From positions 1,993 through 65,992 of the forward strand of contig DAIDLC010000009.1 in assembly GCA_027449685.1 (NCBI GenBank): a stretch of 64,000 bases of DNA. The letters run 5' to 3'. The notes under the pieces are model-generated. The model did no database searches and was not told the origin of the DNA. It saw only the letters and a program-made list of their open reading frames with translations. Source of the DNA: Ferrovaceae bacterium. Its GTDB lineage: Bacteria > Pseudomonadota > Gammaproteobacteria > Burkholderiales > Ferrovaceae. Shown here in pieces: positions 7,817 to 16,098 of this stretch. The translations under genes were made by a program, and so were the position numbers. Positions within the stretch are counted from its first letter, which is position 1; the number at the start of each line of letters is the position of its first letter.

Positions 7817-8833
7817 GTGTCATCAACCTCGACCCCAATCACTCCGGAACGACTCATGGCCTTTGCATTCGGCTACGCCCCCCCACTCATGATCGAAGCA
7901 GGGGTACGCCATGGGTTGTTTGATGCGCTGGTGCAGCAACCATTGGATATTGATGCTTTGACCAGCCAAACCGGAACCTCACGCAGAGGGATGACTGCCT
8001 TGGCCAACGGATTGGTGGGATTAGGTTTGCTGCAGCGTGACGCCCAGGGCTGCTACGCCTTGACGCCGGAGAGCTCGGCATTTCTGGTCAGCGCCAAACC
8101 AGAATTTCGAGGTGGGTTATTCAAGCACGCCAGTACTCAGTTGATGCCAAAATGGCTGCAATTGACCGAAGCCGTCAAAACCGGTTTGCCAGTACAACAG
8201 GTGAATGAGCATGATGTTGGGGCCGCCTTTTTCCAACAGTTCGTGGAAGACATCTATCCCATGAGTGCCGCTGCGGCGCAAGTACTGGCTGATGAACTGG
8301 ATGTGGGTAGAATGCAAGGCCCCGTTCCGGTCCTGGACATTGCTTCCGGATCGGGAGTCTGGGGTATTGCCATGGCGCGGTCCTCACCCCAGGTTCAGGT
8401 CACGGCGGTAGACTGGTCCGAGGTGCTACCGGTGACTCGTCGTATCGCTGCCCAACAGGGTGTGGCACCACAATTCAATTTCATTGCGGGTGATATTCTG
8501 CAGGCACCTTTGGGCAACGGGTATCAAGTGGCCACATTGGGACATATCCTGCACAGCGAAGGGGAAGAACGCGGCAAACGTCTGTTATTCAGGGTGTTTG
8601 ACGCCCTGGCCTCGGGAGGAACAATTGCCATTGCGGAGTTTCTGGTGAATCATGACCGCACTGGCCCTGCTAATGGGTTGATCTTTGCACTCAACATGCT
8701 GGTCAACACCAGTCACGGTACCACGTGGTCTTTCGAGGAGATTGGCTCGTGGCTAGAGATGGCAGGGTTTGGCCGGGCACGACTGGTGAATGCTCCCGGC
8801 CCCAGTCCCCTCATTCTGGCTACCAAACCCTGA
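7817..8833 (+). CDS. Class I SAM-dependent O-methyltransferase (family 2, with N-terminal dimerisation/wHTH domain)
   Basis: SAM motif VLDIASGSGVWG. The overall length and C-terminal pattern fit the PF00891 type. GTG start. Confidence 0.8.
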   Translation: MSSTSTPITPERLMAFAFGYAPPLMIEAGVRHGLFDALVQQPLDIDALTSQTGTSRRGMTALANGLVGLGLLQRDAQGCYALTPESSAFLVSAKPEFRGGLFKHASTQLMPKWLQLTEAVKTGLPVQQVNEHDVGAAFFQQFVEDIYPMSAAAAQVLADELDVGRMQGPVPVLDIASGSGVWGIAMARSSPQVQVTAVDWSEVLPVTRRIAAQQGVAPQFNFIAGDILQAPLGNGYQVATLGHILHSEGEERGKRLLFRVFDALASGGTIAIAEFLVNHDRTGPANGLIFALNMLVNTSHGTTWSFEEIGSWLEMAGFGRARLVNAPGPSPLILATKP

Positions 8834-8975
8834 TAGCGCTTTTGGGCCCTAACCGGACGCATTTGTAATTACCGCTATTCATGCGGAGGATATAAGACGC
8901 ATTCTCCGCAGTCGCAAGTTATTACCTGTATCATCTCAGCCCCTGGAATCTGTAGGGGCGGCGCCAGGCAGCCGT

Positions 8976-10187
8976 CTATACAGAAGGGATGACGTAGGAT
9001 TTTTCGCGGAACAGACGCATAGTGGCTTCTACCACGGCGGAATCATAAAGAATCCCTTTATGGCGTTCAATTTCATCCAGTGCAGCCGCAATCCCCAGGG
9101 AAGGTCGGTAAGGGCGGTGAGAGGACATGGCCTCCAGAACGTCGGCAACGGCCAAAACCCGAGCGCCTAAAATGATCTCCTCCCCTTTCCGTCCATTGGG
9201 GTACCCCGAGCCGTCCAGGCGTTCATGGTGTTGACAGATGATCTGGGCAATGGGCCAGGGAAAATCGATGTCCTTCAGGAGTTCATAGCCCACTTTGGGG
9301 TGCTGTTGTACCATTTTCAGCTCGTGGTTTGTGAGCTTGGCGGGTTTGACCAGAATTTCCGCAGGGATTTGTATGTCACCCACGTCATGAATCGAGGCGG
9401 CCAAATACATGCCATGAATGTCGTTTTCGGGCAGGTCCATTTCCTGTGCAATATCTGCAACCAGGCGAGCAACCCGGCGTTGATGTCCTGCGGTATAAGG
9501 TGAGCGAATTTCGATCATGGCTGCTAAAACCTGCACGGTTTTTTCCATACTCTGCAGGAGGGCATCGATCGATCGAGTCTTTTGCTTTTCGGACAGCAGC
9601 GCTTCCTGAATGCGGATGCGTTCGTTTTTTTCGCCGATCAAATCCAGGCTGCGCGAAGTAAGGGTTGCATACATCTCTAACACGGTATCCACATAGGTTT
9701 GCATGAGGCCGCTCATTTCCTGAGTCGCTTGTCGCTTTGCCGCCTCTATGGGGATTCCCGCTTGGGTGGCCAGTACCACCTTGGCCATGCGTCGATCGCT
9801 GTCCAGAATATGTTGCAAAAGCCAATTGACCAGAAACTTGAGGATCTCCTCCAGCACTTTGGCATGGGTAACTTGATCCGTTGTGTCTTTGATTTCCAGA
9901 ATGCTGGGCAGAAAAGCATCATGAGAATTTTTATGGTTGACCAGCATGGGGTCATTCTTGAACACTGGATTCCAGATTTCTTCTTCCGATTTGAAATGGT
10001 ACACGGCATAGGCAGCCAATTCGTTCAAGGTGTCATTCAGCAAATCCGTGGTGTCGTTTTGCGAAAGGTGCGTGGCCAGGGTGTTGATCAGGGAAACCAG
10101 ACGCACATGTTGTTCGTCAATCAAGGGGATGCCCGTGGAAAAATTATTGTTCCACGGAAAAATTTCGAAGCGCGTTGATGTCGACAT
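8976..10187 (-). CDS. Bacteriohemerythrin-HD-GYP c-di-GMP phosphodiesterase
   Basis: The N-terminal hemerythrin ligand pattern is present (IDEQH, HFKSEE, HKNSH, HILDSD). The C-terminal HD-GYP domain has IHDVGD and HHERLDGSGYP. The start was chosen at MSTSTRF (10187); the ORF extends to 10220. Confidence 0.9.
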   Translation of the reverse strand: MSTSTRFEIFPWNNNFSTGIPLIDEQHVRLVSLINTLATHLSQNDTTDLLNDTLNELAAYAVYHFKSEEEIWNPVFKNDPMLVNHKNSHDAFLPSILEIKDTTDQVTHAKVLEEILKFLVNWLLQHILDSDRRMAKVVLATQAGIPIEAAKRQATQEMSGLMQTYVDTVLEMYATLTSRSLDLIGEKNERIRIQEALLSEKQKTRSIDALLQSMEKTVQVLAAMIEIRSPYTAGHQRRVARLVADIAQEMDLPENDIHGMYLAASIHDVGDIQIPAEILVKPAKLTNHELKMVQQHPKVGYELLKDIDFPWPIAQIICQHHERLDGSGYPNGRKGEEIILGARVLAVADVLEAMSSHRPYRPSLGIAAALDEIERHKGILYDSAVVEATMRLFREKSYVIPSV

Positions 10188-10472
10188 GGGGAATAGGTTT
10201 TGGCAAGGGTTTTGGGTCAAGGGCGGGACAAGGTAGACGCCAAGTACCCGGAGCGTGATGGTCCTTTACACGGTACATACGTTGCTAACTCAAGAGTGCG
10301 TTAGCGCCAGATTTAACGGTTGAACACCCTGCAACAGCGATAGTATACAGGGGTAGACGGCGCTTGGGTGCAAGGTGCTGGGTTCTACACAGGAATTTTG
10401 GTCTGCGCGTTCTGGCCAGTTTGCAACCGAAGGCTCGGTCATGTCCTGTGGCGGATCGGGGATTGAACAATG

Positions 10473-11876
10473 TTATAGCTGAAACCCAATGGTTCTAGCC
10501 AATCCTTCCCGAATACGTACGATTCGTCCGGGCTGTACGAGGCGATAGGGCGTAGCGCGTTGTTGATGGGTGGTAAACCATTTCTCGAGCCATTGAATAT
10601 CCTCTGCAGCATAAAAGGCCGTCATCATCTCGAAATTTAAAAACAAGCTGCGTCCGTCCAGGTTCAAGGAACCGCACAGGGCCAGGTCCCGGTCCAGGAT
10701 GATGAGTTTGGTGTGTATCATTTGCGGATATACGACAATCTGTGCGCCAACCTGATGCAGTTCCCGAAGGGCTGATTCGCGTGCCCAATCGGCCAGACGA
10801 TGGTTGGAATGTCGGGGTATCATCAAGGTCAGCGAAACGCCGCGCCGACAGGCCAGGCACCAGGCTGCCAGGAGGGCTTCATCCGGCACGAAGTAGGGCG
10901 TAACGGCCAGAATCTGCTGTTGCGCCTGAAATGCTCCCGTCAGGAGTAGGTCATGCAAGGTGTCATCGGGCAGGTTTGGGCCGCTGGGGATAATCTGAGC
11001 CAGGTGCCTTTCCATCAAGGGTTCTGTTGGCAGTTGGGGCGGTGATGGAGGTTGCGGCCCGGACACATCGATCCCATTGGCCATATTCCAATCATTCTCG
11101 AATAAGGCTCTGGCCTGGCAAGCCGAATTGCCTCGCAGGACAAAGCTCAGGTCTACCCATGCAGGGTGCTGGGGCCGGTCCAGAAAATATTCTTCGGCAA
11201 TATTGCGCCCTCCACAGAAAAGACTGCCTCCATCGATTACCAGCATTTTGCGATGAATGCGAAGATTGCTGCGTCCCTTCATTGGGTTATGCAAAATAGG
11301 CATGAACCAGCGTAGGGTGATCCCCGGGTGATTCAAGGGCAAAAAATGCTTGCGAAAAAATGGCGGATTTCCAATGGCATCCAAAAGGAGGCGCACCTGC
11401 ACACCCCGTTGGGCGCTTTCCACCAAGGCATGAATTACGCTGCGACCCACCGCATCATCCGCCAGAATGAACGTGCAAAGCAGAATCTCCTTTTGGGCCC
11501 CAGCAATCAAGTCCAAGAGGGCTTTCAGGGCTATCTCCCCAGTAGCGTGAAAGTCAATGGACGCGTTGTCCGTAGGGCTTGGGATCTGCATGGCATGCAG
11601 CAGAGCACTGGCCCAGGGTGGACTGTGAGGTGGTAGAAGACCTGGGTTTAACGGTTTGATGCTGCGCATTGGGCGTGCAAATTTGCGCGTGCCAAAGAAC
11701 AGAAACAGGGGAATGCCCATGTACGGCAATAGCCCCAGGAACAGGACCCAAGCAATGGCCGAGGTAGGAGTTCGACGCTGATTCTCCATACTGGTGAGTA
11801 GGAGGTAGAGGAGCAATCCCGCCAAAACCAAGAGACCGTGTTCCAGGGCCAGCCAGGAAACCGGCAAGCGCATCAT
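10473..11876 (-). CDS. cls: Cardiolipin synthase (PLD superfamily, ClsB-like with N-terminal TM segments)
   Basis: Two HKD motifs are present (RIHRKMLVIDGG and IHTKLIILDRDLALCGSLNLDGRS). The ATG at 11876 forms an ATGA overlap with the dedA stop. An alternative start is at 11894; the ORF extension to 12023 runs inside dedA. Confidence 0.85.
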   Translation of the reverse strand: MMRLPVSWLALEHGLLVLAGLLLYLLLTSMENQRRTPTSAIAWVLFLGLLPYMGIPLFLFFGTRKFARPMRSIKPLNPGLLPPHSPPWASALLHAMQIPSPTDNASIDFHATGEIALKALLDLIAGAQKEILLCTFILADDAVGRSVIHALVESAQRGVQVRLLLDAIGNPPFFRKHFLPLNHPGITLRWFMPILHNPMKGRSNLRIHRKMLVIDGGSLFCGGRNIAEEYFLDRPQHPAWVDLSFVLRGNSACQARALFENDWNMANGIDVSGPQPPSPPQLPTEPLMERHLAQIIPSGPNLPDDTLHDLLLTGAFQAQQQILAVTPYFVPDEALLAAWCLACRRGVSLTLMIPRHSNHRLADWARESALRELHQVGAQIVVYPQMIHTKLIILDRDLALCGSLNLDGRSLFLNFEMMTAFYAAEDIQWLEKWFTTHQQRATPYRLVQPGRIVRIREGLARTIGFQL

Positions 11877-12427
11877 TTTTTCGAGAAAGTCCATAACACG
11901 CGCCCAAGAATCCACACCAGCACCAGGGACAGGAGCAAGCGCACCCCAGAATAAGACTCCGGTTGCAGTGTAGTGACGAGACTGGAAAAAAAATACCCCC
12001 CGGCAAAGACCAGCAGGGCCCAAAGCACGGCCCCCAGGATATTGAGTCCCACAAAGTGCTTCCAGGGAATGCGTGAGGTGCCTAAAATGATGGGTCCGGC
12101 AATACGCAGTCCATATAAAAACCGCACCCCGATGATCGCCCAGGCCTCATGCTGCTCTAGCATCCGGTGCACCCCCGGGATGCGTCGGGCCACCCAGGGA
12201 AACCGGGAAAGCAGGGCATGTCCCTGGGAGCGCCCCAATAAAAACGCCAACTGATCCCCCAAAGCGCCCCCCACGGCGGCTGTGGCAACCACCCAGGGCC
12301 CATAGAGCAACCCCTCATGGGCAGCGTAACCGGCGGCGATGAGCAGGGTTTCGCCCTCCAGCAGGGCTCCGGCAAAGATGACCCAATAGCCATAGTGGCT
12401 GATGGCCTGCAGGGTGTCGGGTGTCAT
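11873..12427 (-). CDS. DedA family inner-membrane protein
   Basis: GYWVIFAGALLEGETLLIAAG is the DedA signature, and the protein has multiple TM segments. The start at 12427 forms an ATGA overlap with the upstream EEP gene stop. Confidence 0.85.
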   Translation of the reverse strand: MTPDTLQAISHYGYWVIFAGALLEGETLLIAAGYAAHEGLLYGPWVVATAAVGGALGDQLAFLLGRSQGHALLSRFPWVARRIPGVHRMLEQHEAWAIIGVRFLYGLRIAGPIILGTSRIPWKHFVGLNILGAVLWALLVFAGGYFFSSLVTTLQPESYSGVRLLLSLVLVWILGRVLWTFSKK

Positions 12428-13179
12428 GCCGGGTCCTGAATATCCAGGATCAATGCCGCATGATCCGAATAGGGTTGTTCCACGATGCGCAACTGGCTCT
12501 TGCGGGCCACCTGTGCCGTGCACAAGCAGAGATCCAACACCAGCGCGCGCCGGTGAAAGCGAAAGGTGGGCACATGCGCCTGATTGAGTAACGTGAGCCC
12601 TGTCTGCTCCAGCAGAGGCTGTAATTCCTTCAAACCGCGCAGCACGTTGAAGTCGCCCATCAAGACGCATTCCCCGGGTGTGTGGCCCACCAGTTCACCC
12701 AGATGGCGTAACTGCGCCTGGCGGGTGTTCCGGTTGAGTGACAGGTGCGTGAAGAACAGGGAGAGTTGGGGGGCGAGGGTGATTTTGTGCAACAGGCGTT
12801 TGATGCCATGATCCAAGTAGAGGGTTTCGAAGGGGCGCGGCTCGCGACTCATGAAGCCATTGCTTTTTCCTCGAGTCAAAAAAAATGAGCGCAGGGGGCT
12901 GGTGGGTCCGTATTTGTTTTCCAGATGGATTTGTGCATAGTTGGTGCGGTACAGGGCCGAAAGCTGGTCGAATCCGGCGGAGGTGAAGGACCCCTGGTCG
13001 ATTTCCACAAAGCAGCATACGTCGGGATCTTCTCGGGAAATCAAGGCGTTGAGTTGCTGCAGGGTGTGGGTTTGCACCGCAGCCGAGCAATACAGGTGCC
13101 GATGCCAATAGCGCGCATGATGACTGATGCGCCCATCGATTCCGCGGGCATACCCCAGGTTACTCAGGAGAACCTTCAC
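12424..13179 (-). CDS. Endonuclease/exonuclease/phosphatase (EEP) family protein, YbhP-like
   Basis: KVLLSNLGY..., GDFNVLRG and YSDHAALILDI are EEP motifs resembling E. coli YbhP. The GTG at 13179 has GAAGGGG 6 nt upstream. An alternative GTG is at 13185. Confidence 0.8.
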   Translation of the reverse strand: MKVLLSNLGYARGIDGRISHHARYWHRHLYCSAAVQTHTLQQLNALISREDPDVCCFVEIDQGSFTSAGFDQLSALYRTNYAQIHLENKYGPTSPLRSFFLTRGKSNGFMSREPRPFETLYLDHGIKRLLHKITLAPQLSLFFTHLSLNRNTRQAQLRHLGELVGHTPGECVLMGDFNVLRGLKELQPLLEQTGLTLLNQAHVPTFRFHRRALVLDLCLCTAQVARKSQLRIVEQPYSDHAALILDIQDPA

Positions 13180-13232
13180 CTGCACCCCTTCGTTTCCGTC
13201 TTGTCAAGCGGCTTGTTCTCATGCGTGCCCCA

Positions 13233-13263
13233 GAAAAAGCAGAAGCCACCCCAGGGTGGCTTC
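13233..13263 (-). terminator. Intrinsic-terminator-like hairpin in the leader of the EEP-dedA-cls operon
   Basis: On the minus strand: GAAGCCACC, loop CTGG, GGTGGCTTC, followed by TGCTTTTTCTG. No annotated minus-strand gene ends here. Confidence 0.45.
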
Positions 13264-13413
13264 GCGCCCAGCCCGCACAGCCACTGGGATGATCCTCTGC
13301 AAACTGTACACCAAGTGGCCCTCGACGGCAATCAAAACCCTCCCGGCGGGGTGGGTGAATGCAAAGCCATTTTCGTGTAAAATAGACGGCTGTGTGTATG
13401 ACATCACACCTGT

Positions 13414-13489
13414 GGGTCGTTAGCTCAGCTGGTAGAGCAGCGGACTCTTAATCCGTTGGTCGAAGGTTCGAATCCTTCACGGCCCACCA
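13414..13489 (+). tRNA. tRNA-Lys (anticodon CUU)
   Basis: GGGTCGTTAGCTCAGCTGGTAGAGCAGCGGACTCTTAATCCGTTGGTCGAAGGTTCGAATCCTTCACGGCCCACCA. It folds as a cloverleaf, is very similar to E. coli tRNA-Lys, and encodes its CCA. Confidence 0.95.
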
Positions 13490-13498
13490 AAAAATCAA

Positions 13499-13535
13499 TA
13501 AGTTAGCCAACAATTGCGGCCATGCCCGGCGCAAT
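13499..13535 (+). repeat. Direct repeat copy 1 (37 nt), 10 nt downstream of tRNA-Lys
   Basis: TAAGTTAGCCAACAATTGCGGCCATGCCCGGCGCAAT matches 14318-14354 at 35 of 37 positions. Confidence 0.85.
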
Positions 13536-13776
13536 CTGCGCATGCCCGCCCCCCTTTGGGGTGGGCGGCTCCTGTCTTCCTCTAGCATCCTGAAATCCGC
13601 TTGGGCCAGTGCCGATATAAAGCGTATACAATGCTATTTGCCCTTTTTCCTAGCTAAACGATGCGACGTTCCCCCGTTTTCAGCAGCACTCGGCTTCTCG
13701 GATTATACTGTTGCGATGGATGAGACCAAATGAAGTTGCGATTCTGTGCAGGCCGAACCATTGCGGAGAATTTGAA

Positions 13777-13983
13777 ATGAGCGAGATTCTGGTTTTGGTG
13801 CAGCAGGCCCCTGAAGGCGGCTTTACGGCGCGAGCCCTGGGCGAGTCTATTTTCACCGAGGCCGATACGCTGCCAGAACTGCGGCAGATGATCCAGGACG
13901 CCGTGCATTGCCACTTCGATGAAGCCAACATGCCCAAGCTTATCCGTCTGCACATCGTGCAGGAAGAGGTGATGGCGGCATGA
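13777..13983 (+). CDS. hicB: HicB-like antitoxin (short form, no obvious DNA-binding domain)
   Basis: 68 aa, beginning MSEILVLVQQAPEGGFTARALGESIFTEADTLPELRQMIQDAVHCHF. GGAG RBS. It overlaps the HicA gene by 4 nt. Confidence 0.7.
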   Translation: MSEILVLVQQAPEGGFTARALGESIFTEADTLPELRQMIQDAVHCHFDEANMPKLIRLHIVQEEVMAA

Positions 13984-14222
13984 GATTGCCGCGCGACCTG
14001 ACGGGCGCGGATTTGGTCAGCCATCTTGCAAAACTGGGTTACACGAAAACACGCCAAACCGGAAGTCATGTTCGCTTGACTTGCCAGAACCCAAATCAAC
14101 ATCATGTGACCATCCCCCTGCACGACCCGCTTCGAATTGGGACGCTCGCTGCTATTCTGTCCGATGTGGCTCTTGCACACGGGATGGATCGTGATATCTT
14201 GGTTGAGCAACTATTCGGCTAG
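13980..14222 (+). CDS. hicA: HicA family toxin (YcfA-like mRNA interferase)
   Basis: LVSHLAKLGYTKTRQTGSHVRLT...HHVTIPLHDPLRIGTLAAIL carries the HicA GSH motif in an 80-aa protein. Confidence 0.8.
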   Translation: MRLPRDLTGADLVSHLAKLGYTKTRQTGSHVRLTCQNPNQHHVTIPLHDPLRIGTLAAILSDVALAHGMDRDILVEQLFG

Positions 14223-14317
14223 CCAATGGATAGCACCGAGAGTGTAGAGGTGGTAAGTGAACTGGCATAAAGTGCCAGCCGAACCGTAGCTAAAACGTAG
14301 CTGCGCTGAATGTATTT

Positions 14318-14354
14318 TAAGTTAGCCAACTATTGCGGCCATGCCCGGCACAAT
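14318..14354 (+). repeat. Direct repeat copy 2 (37 nt), overlapping the start of the BrnA-like ORF
   Basis: TAAGTTAGCCAACTATTGCGGCCATGCCCGGCACAAT. Confidence 0.85.
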
Positions 14355-14544
14355 TCCCCGCTACACCCAGACGCCAACCAGAGTGAGCAGACCGTGCAGA
14401 ATTGCCGTCTTCAAGGCGCGGGCTGAAATGAGTGGCGCCAATTATCAGACGCTGATGAACGAGGCGCTGGCCCAGTGCGCCCAAGGCGTGACGCTTGCTG
14501 ACGTGGTGCGTGACACCATCAGACAAGAACTGCATCATGCGTAA
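14341..14544 (+). CDS. BrnA/CopG-like antitoxin, orphan (no BrnT toxin adjacent), possibly degenerate
   Basis: FKARAEMSGANYQTLMNEALAQ resembles the BrnA motif W/FFKaq..gGgNYQTlINdALReyi. There is no RBS, and the N-terminal region looks shortened. Confidence 0.5.
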   Translation: MPGTIPRYTQTPTRVSRPCRIAVFKARAEMSGANYQTLMNEALAQCAQGVTLADVVRDTIRQELHHA

Positions 14545-14580
14545 ACGATTGGATTCAGGCCGCACAGCGAGCAGGGCACA

Positions 14581-15699
14581 TCAGGCATGGCGGGGCGGTT
14601 GCAATGCCTGGTAAAGCAGGGGGAGGCTGGTGTCGTGGCGGTAATCGATGCCGGAATGGGTGTCATCAAACTCTTCGTACACATGGGGGACTTTCAGTTG
14701 ATGCAACTGTTGGGAGACTTGGCGCAGGCCATAATGAATGTGATATTGATCACGCCAGCCACAGTCCAGATACAGCAGGCGCAGGGATTTGAGCGCGCGT
14801 CGCACCCCGGCCTGGTGTACCACCTGGATAGGGTCCAGGGCTAGCCAACGAGACCAGCGTTGCGGGAGCAGAGCACCGGTTTCCAGATGAAAGGGGAGTC
14901 GAAAGCCATTGGGGGCGCGGGGATCGGGGTCGTAGGTGGCCGCCATGCCTAGATTCATGAGAGCGTGGCTTTCTTCTCCATTAAGCTTGCGACATTGCCA
15001 GACATGGGTCAGGAAACGCGCTACTCGGCCGTCATCCCGGCCTTGGGCTAACCCCGGCGGGTAGCAGGCACTCGGCACGCTCCCGGACACGCGCGCCGGT
15101 TGGCGGTAACGCGCCAAGGTATCCAGAGTGTTGGGCCAATCGCTGCGATATAGCAAATCGAAACCGGCATCCCCAGAGTGGTTGGCTACTGCGCCCCATA
15201 CCTCCGGATACAATGCACCGTGCATGAAAGCCCCGTAACCGCCCGAGGATTTGCCAAACAGGCCGCGGTGTTCGCGCGCCGCCAGGGTGCGAAACGTGGC
15301 ATCGATGAAGGGGACGATTTCCTGGGTCAGATAGGTGGCATAGCGCCCCAGCGCCGAGGAGTCGATATATTGGTTGCCCCCCAGGGCGGTATAGCAGTCG
15401 GGAAACACCAGGATCACCGGACCCATGGCCCGTTGCTCGATGAGTCGGGCCACCCGTTGTGGGACGTTTTCATCCAGCGGATGCCAGTTGACCTGGCCCG
15501 GACCCGCTCCCAGATAGCCGGCCAAGCAGTACAACACGGGAAAACGGTGCGAGCGTGCGGAATCGGCATCGTACTGGGGGGGTAACCAAACAGGAAATTG
15601 ACGCCGGGCCGGATCGCCCAATGCATTACGGGATAGCACCTTGGACTGGTGCGTCACCCAGACTAATCTACCGGCCGGAAGGCTTGCCTGTTTGCGCAT
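14581..15699 (-). CDS. Esterase family alpha/beta hydrolase (enterochelin-esterase/esterase D-like)
   Basis: PVLYCLAGY, the nucleophile elbow GKSSGGYGA, and a length of 372 aa. Confidence 0.8.
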   Translation of the reverse strand: MRKQASLPAGRLVWVTHQSKVLSRNALGDPARRQFPVWLPPQYDADSARSHRFPVLYCLAGYLGAGPGQVNWHPLDENVPQRVARLIEQRAMGPVILVFPDCYTALGGNQYIDSSALGRYATYLTQEIVPFIDATFRTLAAREHRGLFGKSSGGYGAFMHGALYPEVWGAVANHSGDAGFDLLYRSDWPNTLDTLARYRQPARVSGSVPSACYPPGLAQGRDDGRVARFLTHVWQCRKLNGEESHALMNLGMAATYDPDPRAPNGFRLPFHLETGALLPQRWSRWLALDPIQVVHQAGVRRALKSLRLLYLDCGWRDQYHIHYGLRQVSQQLHQLKVPHVYEEFDDTHSGIDYRHDTSLPLLYQALQPPRHA

Positions 15700-15841
15700 G
15701 AAGGAACAATCACTGATTTTTAGAGGGATAGGAAGAATATATCACTGATGGGGTTTGAGTCCCTCGGCCGTAGGCAGAATACGCTCAAGGGGAATTGTCG
15801 CAAGGTAAAAAGCGCAGGCAGTGAAATCCGTTGAACGGTAG

Positions 15842-15917
15842 TGGTAGGCGGTAGAGGACTCGAACCTCCGACCTTTGCCATGTCAAGGCAACGCTCTAAC
15901 CAGCTGAGCTAACCGCC
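15842..15917 (-). tRNA. tRNA-Val (anticodon GAC)
   Basis: The reverse complement is GGCGGTTAGCTCAGCTGGTTAGAGCGTTGCCTTGACATGGCAAAGGTCGGAGGTTCGAGTCCTCTACCGCCTACCA. Anticodon loop TTGACAT. Confidence 0.95.
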
Positions 15918-16098
15918 TGCAAAGTTTGTTCAAGCTGATGATTCTAATCGATTCCACCTGACGCGTCCAGTTGATGCAAGGTTGCGCTGTAAATTCGAGT
16001 GTGGATTTAGGGATTGTTGTTGTGTTCATTCGCTTCCTGTAGCATTGCCATACCTTGCAATATGCACCTATGCCAGTGATAAGCGGTACCGTTGAATC

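Noticed and set aside
13542-13733. A 63-aa ORF between repeat copy 1 and hicB.
   Set aside because: It has no RBS and begins in a GC-rich hairpin (13545-13572) that more likely terminates or structures the tRNA-Lys transcript. The sequence has no recognisable features.
13499-14354. Idea that the 37-bp repeats are integron attC sites. GTTAGCC resembles the GTTRRRY core, and TA genes are common integron cassettes.
   Set aside because: No complementary RYYYAAC inverse core or imperfect-palindrome arm lies in the 50-130 nt upstream of either copy. The core also mismatches the consensus at one purine position, and no intI or attI is in the window.
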